A DNA stretch of 64,000 nucleotides from Mobula hypostoma (taxonomy: Eukaryota), in contig NC_086101.1 in the NCBI RefSeq assembly GCF_963921235.1, positions 15,810,001 through 15,874,000 on the forward strand, given 5' to 3'. This document shows positions 10,961 to 23,344 of the stretch, one piece after another; the stretch's first letter is position 1; each line of letters starts with the position of its first letter. The notes below the pieces were generated by a model. It was not told the DNA's origin, searched no databases, and was given only the letters and a program-made list of their open reading frames with translations. Both the position numbers and the translations under genes were made by a program.

Positions 10961-13900
10961 TAGAGGCATCAGCGGCAACGGAAGACAGGCGGATCACCGC
11001 CAAACGCGCTGAGTCCTTTCTCCTTGTGTGAGGGTTTTTCTTTAAAACCGTAGCTGGTGCACAGGAGCAGGAAGTATCGGAGGCATCGGCAGCAGTGGAA
11101 GGCAGGCAGAGCACCACCAAACGTGATGAGTTCCTTCTCCTTGTGAAGGGATTTTCTTATTTTTTAAACCATAAAAGAGACATCGTGTCCAGCGGAGAGA
11201 CCATCTTTGAAGTGGCAATCGTCAGAGTGGGACAAGAAGAGGCTGAGGCCAAAGAAACAGGTAGGAAGGGTAGGTTATTTCCTTTCGTTATTGCTGATTT
11301 GGTCTTGGCTGCCCATAGTCCAGTGGAGGCAGGATGGCAGATATGGCAGTGGAATGTTGCTCTTGCAGGATGAGGGAATTCATGGAACCTGATAGTCTCC
11401 CTGATGTCTACACCCGTGGGAAGTGCAGCCAACTCCAGTTCATGAAAGACCACATTAAAGAGCTGGAACTGGAGGTAGATGAACTAAGGATCATCCGGAG
11501 GGAGGCAAACTGATAGATAAGACTATTGAGTTACACCCAGAGTGCAGAATTCAGGGAGTAGATGGGTGAACACCGAAAAGATAAAGAGAGAAAGAAATCA
11601 GTGCAGGGCCCCCCTGTGACCAATCCCCTCAGCAACAGGTATAACCCTTTGGATATTGCTGAGGGGGATGACCTATCTGGGCAAGGCAGCAGCAGCCGGA
11701 CCAGTAGGACTGTGGTCAGCTCTGAGTCTCAGAAGAGTAGGGTGAAGTCAGGCGAAGCAATAGTCATCGGGGACTTGATAGTTAGGGTGAGAGATAGGAA
11801 ACTCTGTGGCAGCAAAAGAGACACCAGGATGGTGTGTTGTCTTCCGGGTGTTAGGGTCCTGGATGTCGCTGAGTGGTGGGAGAATATTCTTGAAGGGGAG
11901 GGTTAGAAGCCAGAGGTTTGGCTCCAATATATTGGTACCAATGACATAGACAGGAGAGTGGTAGATGTCCTGTGCAATAAGATTAGAAAATTAGGAAGGG
12001 GGCTGAAGAGCAGGACTTCCAACGTCCTCTGGATTACTCCCTGTGCCACGAGCTAGGGAAGGCCAGGAAGACAGTGCAGAAGAATGATTGGCTGAGGATA
12101 TGGTACAGGGAGTAGAGTGTCAAGTTCTTAGATCATTGGAATCTTTCTGGGGAAGGTGTGACCTGTAAAAATGGGACACATTGCACCTGAACTGGGGGGG
12201 AACCAATATCCTGGGAGGAAGGTTTTCTAGTGTTGTTGGGGTGGGTTTGCAGGGGAGTGGGAACCAAAGTGAAACGGCAGTGGATGGGCGGTTGGTGCAT
12301 AAGTGCAGACAGCTTGCAGGGAGTTTCTGCGGAAGGACAGACAGATGATAGAGCAAAGATGCACTCAGCCAGATGGTTTGAGATGTGTCTATTTTAATGC
12401 AAGGAATATCATAAATAAGGCGGATAAACTTAGGGAGTGGATCAATACATGGAACTATGACACTGTGGGTATTACAGTGACTTGGCTATCTCAGTGGCAG
12501 GAATGGCTGATGTGAGCGTCCGGCTTTAGATGATTCAAAAAGAACAGGGACGGAGGCAAAAGAGGTGGTTGTGTGGTATTACTAATCAGAGATAGTGTCA
12601 CGGCTGCAGTAAAGGAGGAAGTCTTGGAGGGATTCTCCACAGAGTCTGTTGGGGGGGGGGAGTCAGAAACAGAAAGAGGGTAAAAACTCTTCTGCATGCT
12701 TTTACAGACCCTCCCCCAATAGTAGCAGAGACATCGCGGAGCAGATAGGGAGGCAGATTCTGGGAAGTTGCAATAATAATAAGTATGCTGTGATGGGTGG
12801 TTTTAACTTTCCCAGCTGGCATCTTCTTAGATCAAGGGGTTTGGATGGGGTAGAGTTTGTTTGGTGTGTTCAGGAAGGTTTCCTGATGCAATATGTAGAT
12901 GCATCAACCAGAGGAGAGGCTATACTTCATCTGGTATTGGGAAATGTAGCTGGTCAGGTGTCAGATCTCTCGGTAGGAGAGTATTTTGGAGGTAATGATC
13001 GCAAATCTATCTCCTTTGTCATAGGGCTGGAGAGGGATAGGTGCACACAATTTGGGGAAACATTAAATTGGGATAAGGGGAGATGTGATGCTATTAGGCA
13101 GCAGTTTGGGAGCGGATGTTTTCAGGGAAGTGCATGGCAGGAATGTGGCAAATATTCAGGGGAAATTTGCATGGTGTTCTGCATAGGTATGTTGCTTTGA
13201 GGCAGGGGATGGATGGTGGCATCAACAAATCATGGTGTATAAAGGATGTAGAAAAATCTAGATCAGAAGAAAAGAAAAGTTTACGAAAGGTTCAAGAAAC
13301 TAGGTACTGTTCGAGCTATAGAAAATTATAAGGTTGCTAGGAAGGAGCTTAAGAATGAAATTAGCAGATCTAGAAGGAGCCACGAGAAGGCCTCAGCGAG
13401 AATGACTAAGGAAAACCCCAAGGCATTTTACAAGTATGTGAAGAGCAAGGGGATGAGCCATGTGGGAATAGGACCAATCAGGTGCAATAGTGGAAACATG
13501 TGCATGGAGTCGGAGGTGGAAGCGGAGGTACTTAATGAAAACTTTGCTTCAGTATTCACCAGGGGAAGAACCTTGACAATCGTAGGGATGACTTACAGCA
13601 GACTGAACCGCTTCAGCATATAGGCATTAAGGAAGAGGATGTGTTGGAGCTTTTGAAAAGTATTAAGTTAGATAAGTCGCTGGGACTAGACGAAATATAA
13701 CCCAGGCTACTGTGGACAGTAAAGAAGGAGATTGCTGAGCCTCTGGTGATGATCTTTGCATCACTAACAGGGATGGGAGAAGCACTAGAGGATGAGAGGG
13801 TTGCAAGTGTTGTTCCCCTGTTCAAGAAAGAGAGTAGAGATAACACAGGAAATTATAGACCAGTGAGTCTTACTTCAGTTGTTGGAGAAGATTCTGAGAG

Positions 13901-14748
13901 GCAGGATCTATGAACATTTGGAGAAGCAATCTGATTAAGGATAGACAGCATGGCTTTGTCAAGGACAGGTCATGCCTTACAAGCCTGATTGAATTCTTTG
14001 TGGATGTAACAAAATACATTAATGAAGGTAGAGCAGTGGATGTACTGCATATCGATTTCAGCAAGGCGTTCGATGAGGATCCCCATGCAAGGCTCATTCA
14101 GAAATTAAGAAGACATGGGATCCAAGGAGACTTTGCATTGTGGATGCTGAACAGGCTTGCCTGCAGAAGGCAAGGGCTGCAGATGGTTCGTATTCTACAT
14201 GGAGGTCAATGATGTGGTCTTCCTCTTGGATCTGAATTTGGATTTAGAAATGTGGGTTAGTAAGTTTGCTGATGACACAGACGTTGGAGGTGTTGTGAGT
14301 AGTCTGGGGGGTTGTCAGAGATTACAGCGGGACATTGATAGGATACAGAACTGGCTGAGAAATGACAGATGGATTTCAACTGATATAAGTGTGATGTGGT
14401 TAATTTTGGTAGGTCAAATTTGAAGGCAGAATATAAAATTAATGGTAAGACTCCCAGGGCTGTAATGGCTGTCATGAGAGGGCACAGTTTTAAGGTACTT
14501 GGAACTAGGTACTGGGGGTTGTCAGAGGTAAGTTTTTCACACAGAGAGAGGTGGGTGTGTGGAATGCACTGCTAGTGATGGTGGTAAAGGCAGATAAGGG
14601 ACTCCTAAATAGATACAGGGAGCTTAGAAAATAGAGGGCTATGTGGTAGGGAAATTCTAGGCAGTTTCTAGAATAGGTTACATGGTTGGCACATCATTGT
14701 AGGCTGAAGGCCCTGTAAAGTGCTGTAGGGTCTATGTTCTATGTTCTA
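10961..14748 (+). mobile_element. Near full-length degenerate CR1 LINE (5' UTR, ORF1 esterase-like, ORF2 APE-RT)
   Basis: IVIGDLIVR...MVCCLPG (ORF1); CVYFNARNI, QHGFVKDRSCLTSLIEFF, KFADDT (ORF2); tail ctatgttctatgttcta. Multiple frameshifts. Confidence 0.88.
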
Positions 14749-14867
14749 GATCTCTGTTCAGTATCTGCCTCTCCAGAGAAAACAGCACACGTTCGGCCTT
14801 GACCAGATTCTGTTTGTGTGGTGTGTCTGATTTCCAATAACAAGGAGATACTTGAAGGCTGACTTAC

Positions 14868-15206
14868 CTCTCACTGTGAGATATGTCCCCGCCCCATATA
14901 TTTCCCATTCCTTTGTCTTCAACTTGCAGAAGTACATCGCAGAATCACTCAGCTGCACGTACTTCAGTTGCAGGGAAACATCTGAGCTGTTAGTGGAGGG
15001 ATCATCCCCTTGAGATGTGGAGAAGTGGTCTGTGTACTCTGCTGTTTCACTGGTCACTTCTGTTCCATTTTGGGCACCCTTGACCCAGTGGTGCGACCAT
15101 ATCTTACTCGTGACATTGTGTCTGCATGGAATAACCACCGCCTCCCCTTCCGTGACAAAAATGCTGGACTTGTCCTGAATGACCACAAACTTCTCAGCAC
15201 CAATGC
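14868..15206 (-). CDS. Orphan NCR3-like V exon (V2), intact ORF and splice sites
   Basis: ctccctgctttcag|GC ATT GGT GCT GAG AAG...CTC ACA GTG AGA G|gtaagt; 339 nt, phase 1-1; VVIPCRH, HHWVKG, DSAMYFC, YGAGTYLTVR. No leader or terminal exon found nearby. Confidence 0.85.
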
Positions 15207-15829
15207 CTGAAAGCAGGGAGCAAACTTTAAAATGGGTAAATTGGTTTATTATGGTCACATGTACTGATGTACGGTGAAAAACATTTTGTCAGCCATCCAT
15301 ACAAATCAGTTCATCACATCAATTCAACGAGTTAGTGCAAAGGAGGAACAATAACAGAATGGGAAATTAAGGGTCACAGTTACAGAGAAAGTGCAATGCA
15401 GGCAGAGAATAACATGCAAGGTAGATTGTGTTGTATTTTAATGCACAGAGCAGAAAGAATAAAATGGACAATCTTGAAATTCAGCTACAGATCAGTAAAT
15501 ATGATGTTGCGGCCATCTCTGACACTTGGCTAAAGGATTGCTGCCACTGGGAGCTTAACATCAAGGATATACGGTATATTGGAAAGATGGGTTAGCAGAC
15601 GGAGGGGTGATGTGGCTCTGTGTATAAGATATAATATTAAATCATTGGAAAGAGGATGACACAGAATTGGAAGGTGTAGAGTCTCTATGGGTTGAGTTAA
15701 GAAACGGCAAGGGTAAAAGGACCCTAATTGCAGTTGTATATAGGCCTCCAAAAACAGCAGCCAGGATGTGGATTACAAATTACAGCAGGAGATACAAACA
15801 ACGTGTCAAAAGAGCTACGTCATAATAAT

Positions 15830-18504
15830 CTTTCTTTCTATATTAATCTTTTTATTGATTTAAAAGGAACATAAATACAAACAAGAGGAGAATTATCTAA
15901 TATATATATCAATAACAATACAAACCGAGATTAAGATAGACATCATCAAAATCATACATAGTGTTAAGCTAGTATATAGTATATAATTAAAAAAAAACAG
16001 AAACAGCAATAATCCTGTTATCAGTTCATGAAGAGGAAAGAAAACAGCTTTGAATTTTAAATGAGGAAAAATAACCCCATTGCACTGTACAAAAAAAAAA
16101 CCAAAAAAAAGAGAGAAAAATGGGACTGGGCAGTTCATTCTGAGGATACGACCAAAAAAAAAAAGAAATAAAGACTTTCTGATCAACTCTAAAACTGCGA
16201 AAAAAAGATTGAAAGAGTAATAAATCAAATTAAATGAAAGTATTGAATAAAATGTCATCAGATTTGTTCAAATTTAAAGGATGTATCAAATATCCGACTT
16301 CTTATTTTCTCTAAACTTAGACAGGACATAATGGAGGAGAGCCAATAAAAGACTGTAGGTGGATTAGAATCCTTCCACTTCAATAAAATGGCTCTCCAAG
16401 CCAACGAATTCCCAAAAATTGCTGTAAGCACATTAAGTTGTAGATCCAGATCCAAAACTTTTGTTAGCATTTTAAAAACATCTCTCCAAAAGTTATCTAG
16501 CTTTATACAAGACCAATACATGTGAGTTAAAGTGGCCAGCTCAGTGTCACATCTGTCACAAATAGAACTGATATTGGAGAAAATATGCGCTAGTTTATCC
16601 TTTGATATATGGGCCCGATGTACTACCTTTGACTGTATCAAAGAATGTCGGGCACAAATAGATGAGTTATTAACCAAATGAAAAATTTTACTCCATTGAT
16701 TATCTGAAAATGACTCTTGAAATTCCGATATCCAAGCGCGTTTAATTTAATCATTAGATATCATTCGTGAGTTCAATAACCGTTTATAGATTATAGCTAT
16801 CAACCCTTTTTGAAATGGTTTAAACTGAAAGAAAGCATCTGGCATATTAGGTGGATAAGCAGAAGGGTAATTTGGCAACAATTCCTAGTTGGTAAATATC
16901 TAAAAAAGTGTACATTAGATAAATCATATTTATCCACTAACTGAGAAAAGGACATTAAACAGTCCCCTAAAAACAAATCTGAAAAAGTTATTATTCCCTT
17001 GGTTTTCTAAATTAAAAAGGCCTTATCCAAAATTGATGGTTTAAAAAATAATTGAGCTGGATATTTCTAGAAAGGATAAAATTATTTAACTCAAAAATCT
17101 ATGAAACTGAAACCAAATTCTTAATATATGTTTAATAATGGGATTAAAATCTTGTCTACTAATCTTAGAAAACAAAAAGGGAAGAGGAACTCCCAATAAA
17201 GAGGCCAAAGAGAATCAGTTCACCGAGTTTTCTTCCAAATCCAACCATGAAGGACATTCAAGTATATCTGAATAGTGAATCCAGAAAATAATATATCGAG
17301 TATGCATTGCCTAATAGTACATTCTAAAATTTGGCAAAGCCATACCACCATCCTTTTTTAATTTCTGCAATAAGGGTTTGCTCAGTCTAGAATTTTTATT
17401 TTATAGGCATCCGTTAGTCTCATGAGACCATGGATTTGCGCCTTGGAAAGTTTTCATGGTGCAGGCCTGGGCAAGGTTGTATGGAAGACCGGCAGCTGCC
17501 CACGCTGCAAGTCTTCCCTCTCCACGGCACCGATGTTGTCCAAGAGAAAGGTATTAGGACCGGTGTCGTCACAGAGCAATGTGTGGTTAAGTGCCTTGCT
17601 CAAGAATACAACACGTTGCCTCAGACCTTCAGATCACGAGACGAACGCCTTAACCACTTGGCCATCCTAAAAACTAGGATTTTTGTTGTTCCAAATATAA
17701 GATAAGATTATAGAATCTATTCTATCAAAGAACTTTTGAGGAACAAAGGAAGGAACTGCTTGAAATATATATAAGAATTTCGGTAAAACTATCATTTTGA
17801 TAGCATTAATTCGACCTATTAATGATAATGTCAGAGGCGACCATTTAGAAAGCTTTTGTTTGGTGTCGTCAATTAATGGAAAAAAATATATTTAAAGAGA
17901 TCCTTAAAATTTTTGGTAATTTTAATACCAGATAGGTAAAATAATTTTTAGCAATTCTAAAAGGTACTTGATGATTTGGGTCCGAGTAATTATTAATAGG
18001 AAGTAACTCACTTTTATGTACATTTAATTTATACCCAGAAAACCTATTGAATTCAGAAAATATAGATAACATAGAAGGAATAGATTTCTTAGAATCTGAA
18101 ATATAAACTAACAAGACATCTGCATATAAATAAACCTTGTGTATTTTGTCCACTGCTTTAATACCCTGAACAGTGTTAGAAACTCTAAGAGCAATAACAA
18201 GGGGTTCTAAAGCCAAGTTAAATAATAAAGGGCTAAGACGACATCCCCGCTGTATATCCCTATATAATGTAAAATAGGGAGATTTTTGATTATCAGTTAT
18301 AACCGCAGCCATAGGACCATGATAGATCAATTTAATCCAGGAAATAAATCCCGGGCCAAGATTAAATCTTTCCAAAACCTCAAATAAGTAAGACCACTCC
18401 ACCCTATCAAGGGCTGTCTCCGCATCAAGAGAAACAACAAATTCAAATTCTTTCGATGGAGAAGAATGAATCATATTTAATGATCTTCGACGGTTAAAAC
18501 GGCA
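15830..18504 (-). mobile_element. L1/Tx1 LINE ORF2 3' half
   Basis: SLDAETALDRVEWSYLF...QRGCRLSPLLFNLALEPL...YADVLL; C-terminal CDRC...HMYWSC; A/T-rich tail. Confidence 0.85.
17410..17668 (-). mobile_element. tRNA-headed SINE nested in the L1
   Basis: GC-rich block that interrupts AT-rich L1; minus-strand head gatggccaagtggttaaggcg resembles a tRNA A-box. Confidence 0.55.
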
Positions 18505-19459
18505 GCCGGTGATATTAAACGCGATTCTGATACTGATTCCGTTTCTGGTTCTGATTCTGCCATCAGCTGGAGTTGGCATTGGGGGTAAAAACTTTGAAAG
18601 AATGAGGTGGTAAAACGTGAGCAGAAATATTTTAACAAAGAAGTGATTGGGCCAAGGACTGCACAATTCAGTAGTTGCTATTTTAAAAACATTAGACAAT
18701 ACCGTACAGTAATGGGCCCTTCGGTAAACAATGTTGTGACAAACTAATTGGTGACCAGATGTCCAATTAGACTAACCCTTCCCAACATAATGTCTGCATC
18801 CCTGATTTCCTGCACATCCATGCGCCTGTTTAAGTGCCTGTTCAATGTTCTATTGTATCTGCCTCTATCTCGACCACCACCAGAGCATTCCAGGTACCCG
18901 CCATTCTCCGTGTAAAACAATTACCCACACATCTTTGAACATAACCCCTCTCACTATAAATGCATTCGCGCTGGTATTAAACACTTTTCCCTGTGAAAAT
19001 GATATCAACTGTCTGCTCTGTCTGTGTCTCTTATAAATAATAAACCTCTACCAGGTCTCTGCTCAGCTTCTGCTGCTCCAGAGAAAACAATTCACATTTG
19101 TCCAACCTTTCCCTACAGCACCTGCCCTCTAATCCAGACAGACTGTTGGTAAACTTCTTCTGCACCTTTTCCAAAACCTCACCCTGTTTTTATAACGGGG
19201 TGAACAGAACTGAATGCAATACCAGATGCAAACTAAATAATTATATAAAGCTGCAATGCAACTTCACAAGTCTTGAACTGATTACTTTGAGTAATTATGG
19301 CAAATAAACAGTAAGCCTTCTTTTCCACCCTATTAATGTATCTGGCCCCTTTCAAGGGAGATTTGCACTTGGAATTCAAGATCCTTCTGCTCATTGATAC
19401 TGTTAAAGGACTTGCCACAAAGAGCGTACTCTGTGTATATATTTGAATAATATTAATGT

Positions 19460-19506
19460 TCAAGAGCGAACTGGGAGGTATTTGACTGGGAAGTGTTTGC
19501 CAGGTT
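19460..19506 (-). CDS. Gene B short terminal exon (predicted secreted form)
   Basis: ccactcttcagcttttctccag|AA CCT GGC...TCT TGA = EPGKHFPVKYLPVRS*. The paralog at 41002-41048 differs at only 2 of 47 nt and keeps the acceptor and stop. Confidence 0.65.
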
Positions 19507-20949
19507 CTGGAGAAAAGCTGAAGAGTGGAATTGTTGGTGCATGGACTCAGTACAGACAGAATGGGCCGAATGTCCCCTTTTGAAAGGTCAACTCTCAATT
19601 TCCCTCCCTAGATTCTGCCTGACTTACGAGTTCCTCCAGCATTGTGTTCCTTTCATTCCAGTTTCCAGCACCAGCAGCCTCTTTGGAACTGGTATTGGTT
19701 TATTATTGTCCCATAATCTGAGGTACAGTGAAAAACTTGTCTTGCATACTGTTCATTTTGTCGGCGCCCAACTGCCCACCATTGAGAACAGCTACCATAA
19801 ACGCTCCCTGGGCAGGGCGAAAAGCATTATCAGGGATGCATCTCACCCTAACATGGACTTTTTACTCTCCTCCCATCCGGTAGGTGCTACAGGAGCCTTC
19901 GCTCCCGCACCAGCAGGCACAGGAAGAGCTTCTTCCCCAAGGCTGTGACACTGCTGAACCTCTCATCACAGCGCTAAGCAGTATTGCATCCGTATTGTAC
20001 TGTCTCAGTACTTTTATATTTGTGTGCTGTAGCACTTTTTTATTCACAGTTATTTTGTAAATAACACTATTCTTTGCATTTCTGGTCAGATCCTAAATGC
20101 ATTTCATTGGCTTTGCATCTGTACTCGGCACAATGATAATAAAGTTGAATGTAATCTAATCTAACCATTACGTGGCGCACGGTGAGGTAGTACTGTCCTC
20201 GGTAAATCAATAGCAGAGTGATGTGTAACAGTGACAGAGAAAGTGCAGTGTAGGGAGACAATGTCGTAACGAGGTAAATTATGAGGTCAAGAGCCCATCT
20301 GATCATACCAGGGAACCAGTTAATAGTCTTTTGACCGTGGGATAGAAGCTGTCCTTGCGCCTGGTGGTTTGTGCTTTCAGGCTTTTGTATCTTCTGCCCA
20401 ACGGGAGAGGGGAGAGGGGAGAGGAGAGAATGTCCTGGGTGGGTAGGGTCTTTGATTATGTTGGCAGCTTTACTGATGCAGCAAGAAGTCAGCAGACAGA
20501 GTCCTTGGAGGGGAGATTTAATTTGTGACCACTCACCCCCTCCACTTTTTCTGTGCTGGAACGATTTTGTCATTATCCAGTTGGTGAAATTCCAACAATG
20601 AAAATTAAAAACCTGCAGATGCTGGAAATCTGAGGTAAAAACTGGATATGCTGGAAACGCTCAGCACGTCAGGCAGCATCTGTGGGTAGTGAAACAGAGT
20701 TAATGCTTGAAGTGGAAGATCTTTCCTCAGCACTGGGCAAAACTTGTTTACAAGATTCTTCTTTTTTCTTGTTTACCCTCCTTCTCTTCCCTGAGGACTG
20801 GTTACAGATCTGAACACTTTGCTGCTTCTCTCCCCACAGTAGCTGAGTGACTTGCTAAGTGCCTCGAGCATTTTCCAGCCTTGACCAAATTCTGTTCGGG
20901 TGGTGGGTCTTATTTACTGAGACAAGCAGATAGTTGATGATTGGCTTAC

Positions 20950-21288
20950 CTCTCACTGCGAGATTCGTCCCTGCCCCATACATTTCCCACTGTATTGCCT
21001 CCAACCTGCAGAAGTACATCCCAGAATCATTCGGCCGCACGTCCTTCAGTTCCATAGAAACATCTGTGCTGTTAGTGGAGGGATCACCCCCTTGAGGTTT
21101 GAAGAAGCGGCCTCTGTACTCTGCTGTTTCATTGGTCACTTCTATTCCATTTCGGGCACCCTTGAACCAACGGTATGACCATACCTTATTCGTGACATTG
21201 TGTCTGCATGGAATAACCACCGTCTCCCCTTCTGTGGCAACAATGCTGGACTTGTCCTGAATCACCACAAACTTCTCAGCACCAATGC
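20950..21288 (-). CDS. Gene B NCR3/NKp30-like V exon (V3)
   Basis: 339 nt, phase 1-1, AG/GT intact: EKFVVIQDKSSIVATEGETVVIPCRH...YRWFKGARNGIEVTNETAEYRGRF...DSGMYFCRLEAIQWEMYGAGTNLAVR. Confidence 0.92.
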
Positions 21289-21999
21289 CTGAAAGCAGGG
21301 AGCAAACTTTAAAAATTGGTAAATCGGTTTACTGTGGTCACATTTTGTTCTTCATACATATCATTTTATCACATCGATTCAATGAGTTAGTGTAAAGGAG
21401 GAACAATAGCAGAATGGGGAATGAAGTGTTACAGTTACCGAGAAAGTGCGGATCGGAGCCTGGAAAAGAGGAACCTAGGAGTACGGGTGCACAGCTCATT
21501 GAAAGCGGCAGACAGGTAGTGAAGACAATGTTCAGTACGCTGAGCTTCAGTCAGAGCTTTGCGGACTGGAGTCCAGAAGTTATGTTTCTGTTGTACACGT
21601 CGTTGGTGAGGCTGCACTTGGGATATTTTGTACAGAATTGGCCACCCTGTTGTAGATGTTATTAATTAGAAAGCGCGGAGATATGATTTACCTGGATGTC
21701 GTCTGAAATTGGGGGCCCGAGTTACAAGGAGAGTTTGCATAGACTAGTACTTAATTCTCTGGAATGTAGGAGATTGAGGGGGCGACCTGATAGGGGTATA
21801 TAACACAATAAAGGGCATAGATATTCTGAAAACAGCATTTTACACCGGGAGACCGGGGTGTTGTTAACAGCAAGAGAACATGGGTTTAAGATTAGACGGG
21901 AGAGTTTTGAAAAAGATGTTAGATAATTTCTTCACACAAGCGGTGTTACGTGGTTGAAATGAGCTGACGGAAATGGCGGTGGCGGCGAGTAAATTACAA

Positions 22000-23320
22000 A
22001 CATTTTAAAGCCTTCTAGATAAGTACATGAGTAGGAGGGATTTAGCGGGCTGTGGGCCAAACGCGGGCAGATGGGACGAGTTGGCTGGTTAACACGATCG
22101 ACAAGGACGAGTTGGGCCGAAGGGCTTGTTTCCGTGTTAGGAGTCCACAAAGGAAGGAGGGAGAAGGGAGAAGGCGGCATCCTCAGTGTTCGACCCAGAA
22201 TTCAGCCCACGCTCCTATCCCCCGTCGGCTAGTCAGGGGGTCGATGTCGGAAGCCTGGAAGGGGCTTGTTCTGCTGCGTTTGTTTTTTGTTTTCTGTGTT
22301 GCTCTGCCGACATTGTGGACATTAATGTTGGCGCTGGAATGTGTGGCGACCCTCGGGCTGCCCACAGTGCCTCCGTAGGTGTGTTGGTTGTGAACGCAAA
22401 TGAAGCAGACGAACCTTCCCGCTTTTCCCGCGCTGCCTATTGCCTTCTCCCCCAAGCTGCAGCCGTAAAGGAACAGAAAGTTACTTACTGGAGGAGACGG
22501 TCATTAGCCACAAAATAGCGCCCACCTTCATCGTTACTCCTCTAAAGCAGAGGAGATATTTAGTGTTCGCTACTTCTCCCTTCTTACAGCCGCGCCTCCC
22601 TCCTCGTGCAACCTGTTGGAAAATTGGGAGGGATTAAGTACTGTCCACTGGATTTTTCCAATTGATTTCCGAATCACTGGAACGAGCTGGATAAACCTCC
22701 AGCGGAGTTACAAAGAGATTAGAAGCGGGGGAAGCGTGACAATAAGCGGTTCAGTGACGTTAGGGTCGTTGAGCGATGAGCCACGTCCTCTTCCTGGTAA
22801 GATGCCCTTTTGGACTGACAGATTCCAAACACAGTTTCACGTTCAAATCCCTCAGCGCGCAGCGCGCGAAGAAGGCAATTCAGCCCACGCCGATCGCCGG
22901 CTCTGCTCAAGTGCTGACTGGGCTACTCATTCTCCCCAACTTCCCTTCCACTCCTCAAATAATTGGTACCCACACTAGAGACAATTCCCAGATCCAATCC
23001 ACAAGTCGTAGAGGCGCGAAATGAATCGTAGCACCCGGCGGTGTTGGGGGAGCCCACACGGCTGGTGCATCCGCAGGGAAACAGGTGGAATATGCAAACT
23101 CCACCCATACAAAATGCACCAAAAATCGGGGTCGAACCCGTGGACGCAGGAGCTGCGAGAAAACAGCGCTAACAATTGCGGCAATGGTTCTACGTATCAA
23201 ACCGAAATGGTTAATGTAAGCTTACGAAAATGTCGTATCTCAGTTAATGTAAATTATTTCGCATTTGACTTCAATCCCCACAACAACGTGTCACTTTAAC
23301 GGAAGAGGTTAAATAATTGG
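22000..23320 (-). promoter_or_regulatory. CpG-rich region around and upstream of the gene B leader (probable promoter); paralog at about 44750-45920
   Basis: Visibly CpG-dense compared with the CpG-poor flanks, spans the start codon and is conserved in the duplicate. No TSS evidence. Confidence 0.4.
22489..22531 (-). CDS. Gene B leader (signal peptide) exon
   Basis: ATG AAG GTG GGC GCT ATT TTG TGG CTA ATG ACC GTC TCC TCC A|gtaagt. Joined to the V exon it gives MKVGAILWLMTVSSSIGA-EKF. Conserved at 45084-45126. Confidence 0.85.
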
Positions 23321-23344
23321 TAACATATCAATTGGTAGTAGTTG

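Noticed and set aside
14872-14878. CACAGTG heptamer at the end of V2
   Set aside because: It is the coding LTV sequence; no nonamer at 12 or 23 nt spacing, and it is absent in V3 and V4.
15893-16258. Very hydrophobic 121-aa ORF
   Set aside because: Low-complexity T-rich L1 3' region.
17630-17668. tRNA gene
   Set aside because: Only a degenerate SINE head with no complete cloverleaf.
18530-18699. Hydrophobic FFVKIFLLTFYHLILSKFL stretch (four copies, also near 10500, 27180 and 40110) as a TM exon, here in frame with L1 RT
   Set aside because: T-rich sequence that runs into an antisense Rex1 tail. The best acceptor gives a stop in three of four copies and a 1-nt indel separates the frames. 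Better-supported TM and terminal exons exist.
22923-23108. 61-aa Cys-rich ORF also present at 45520-45705
   Set aside because: Similarity is explained by the duplication; the middle is frameshifted between copies and no domain was recognised.
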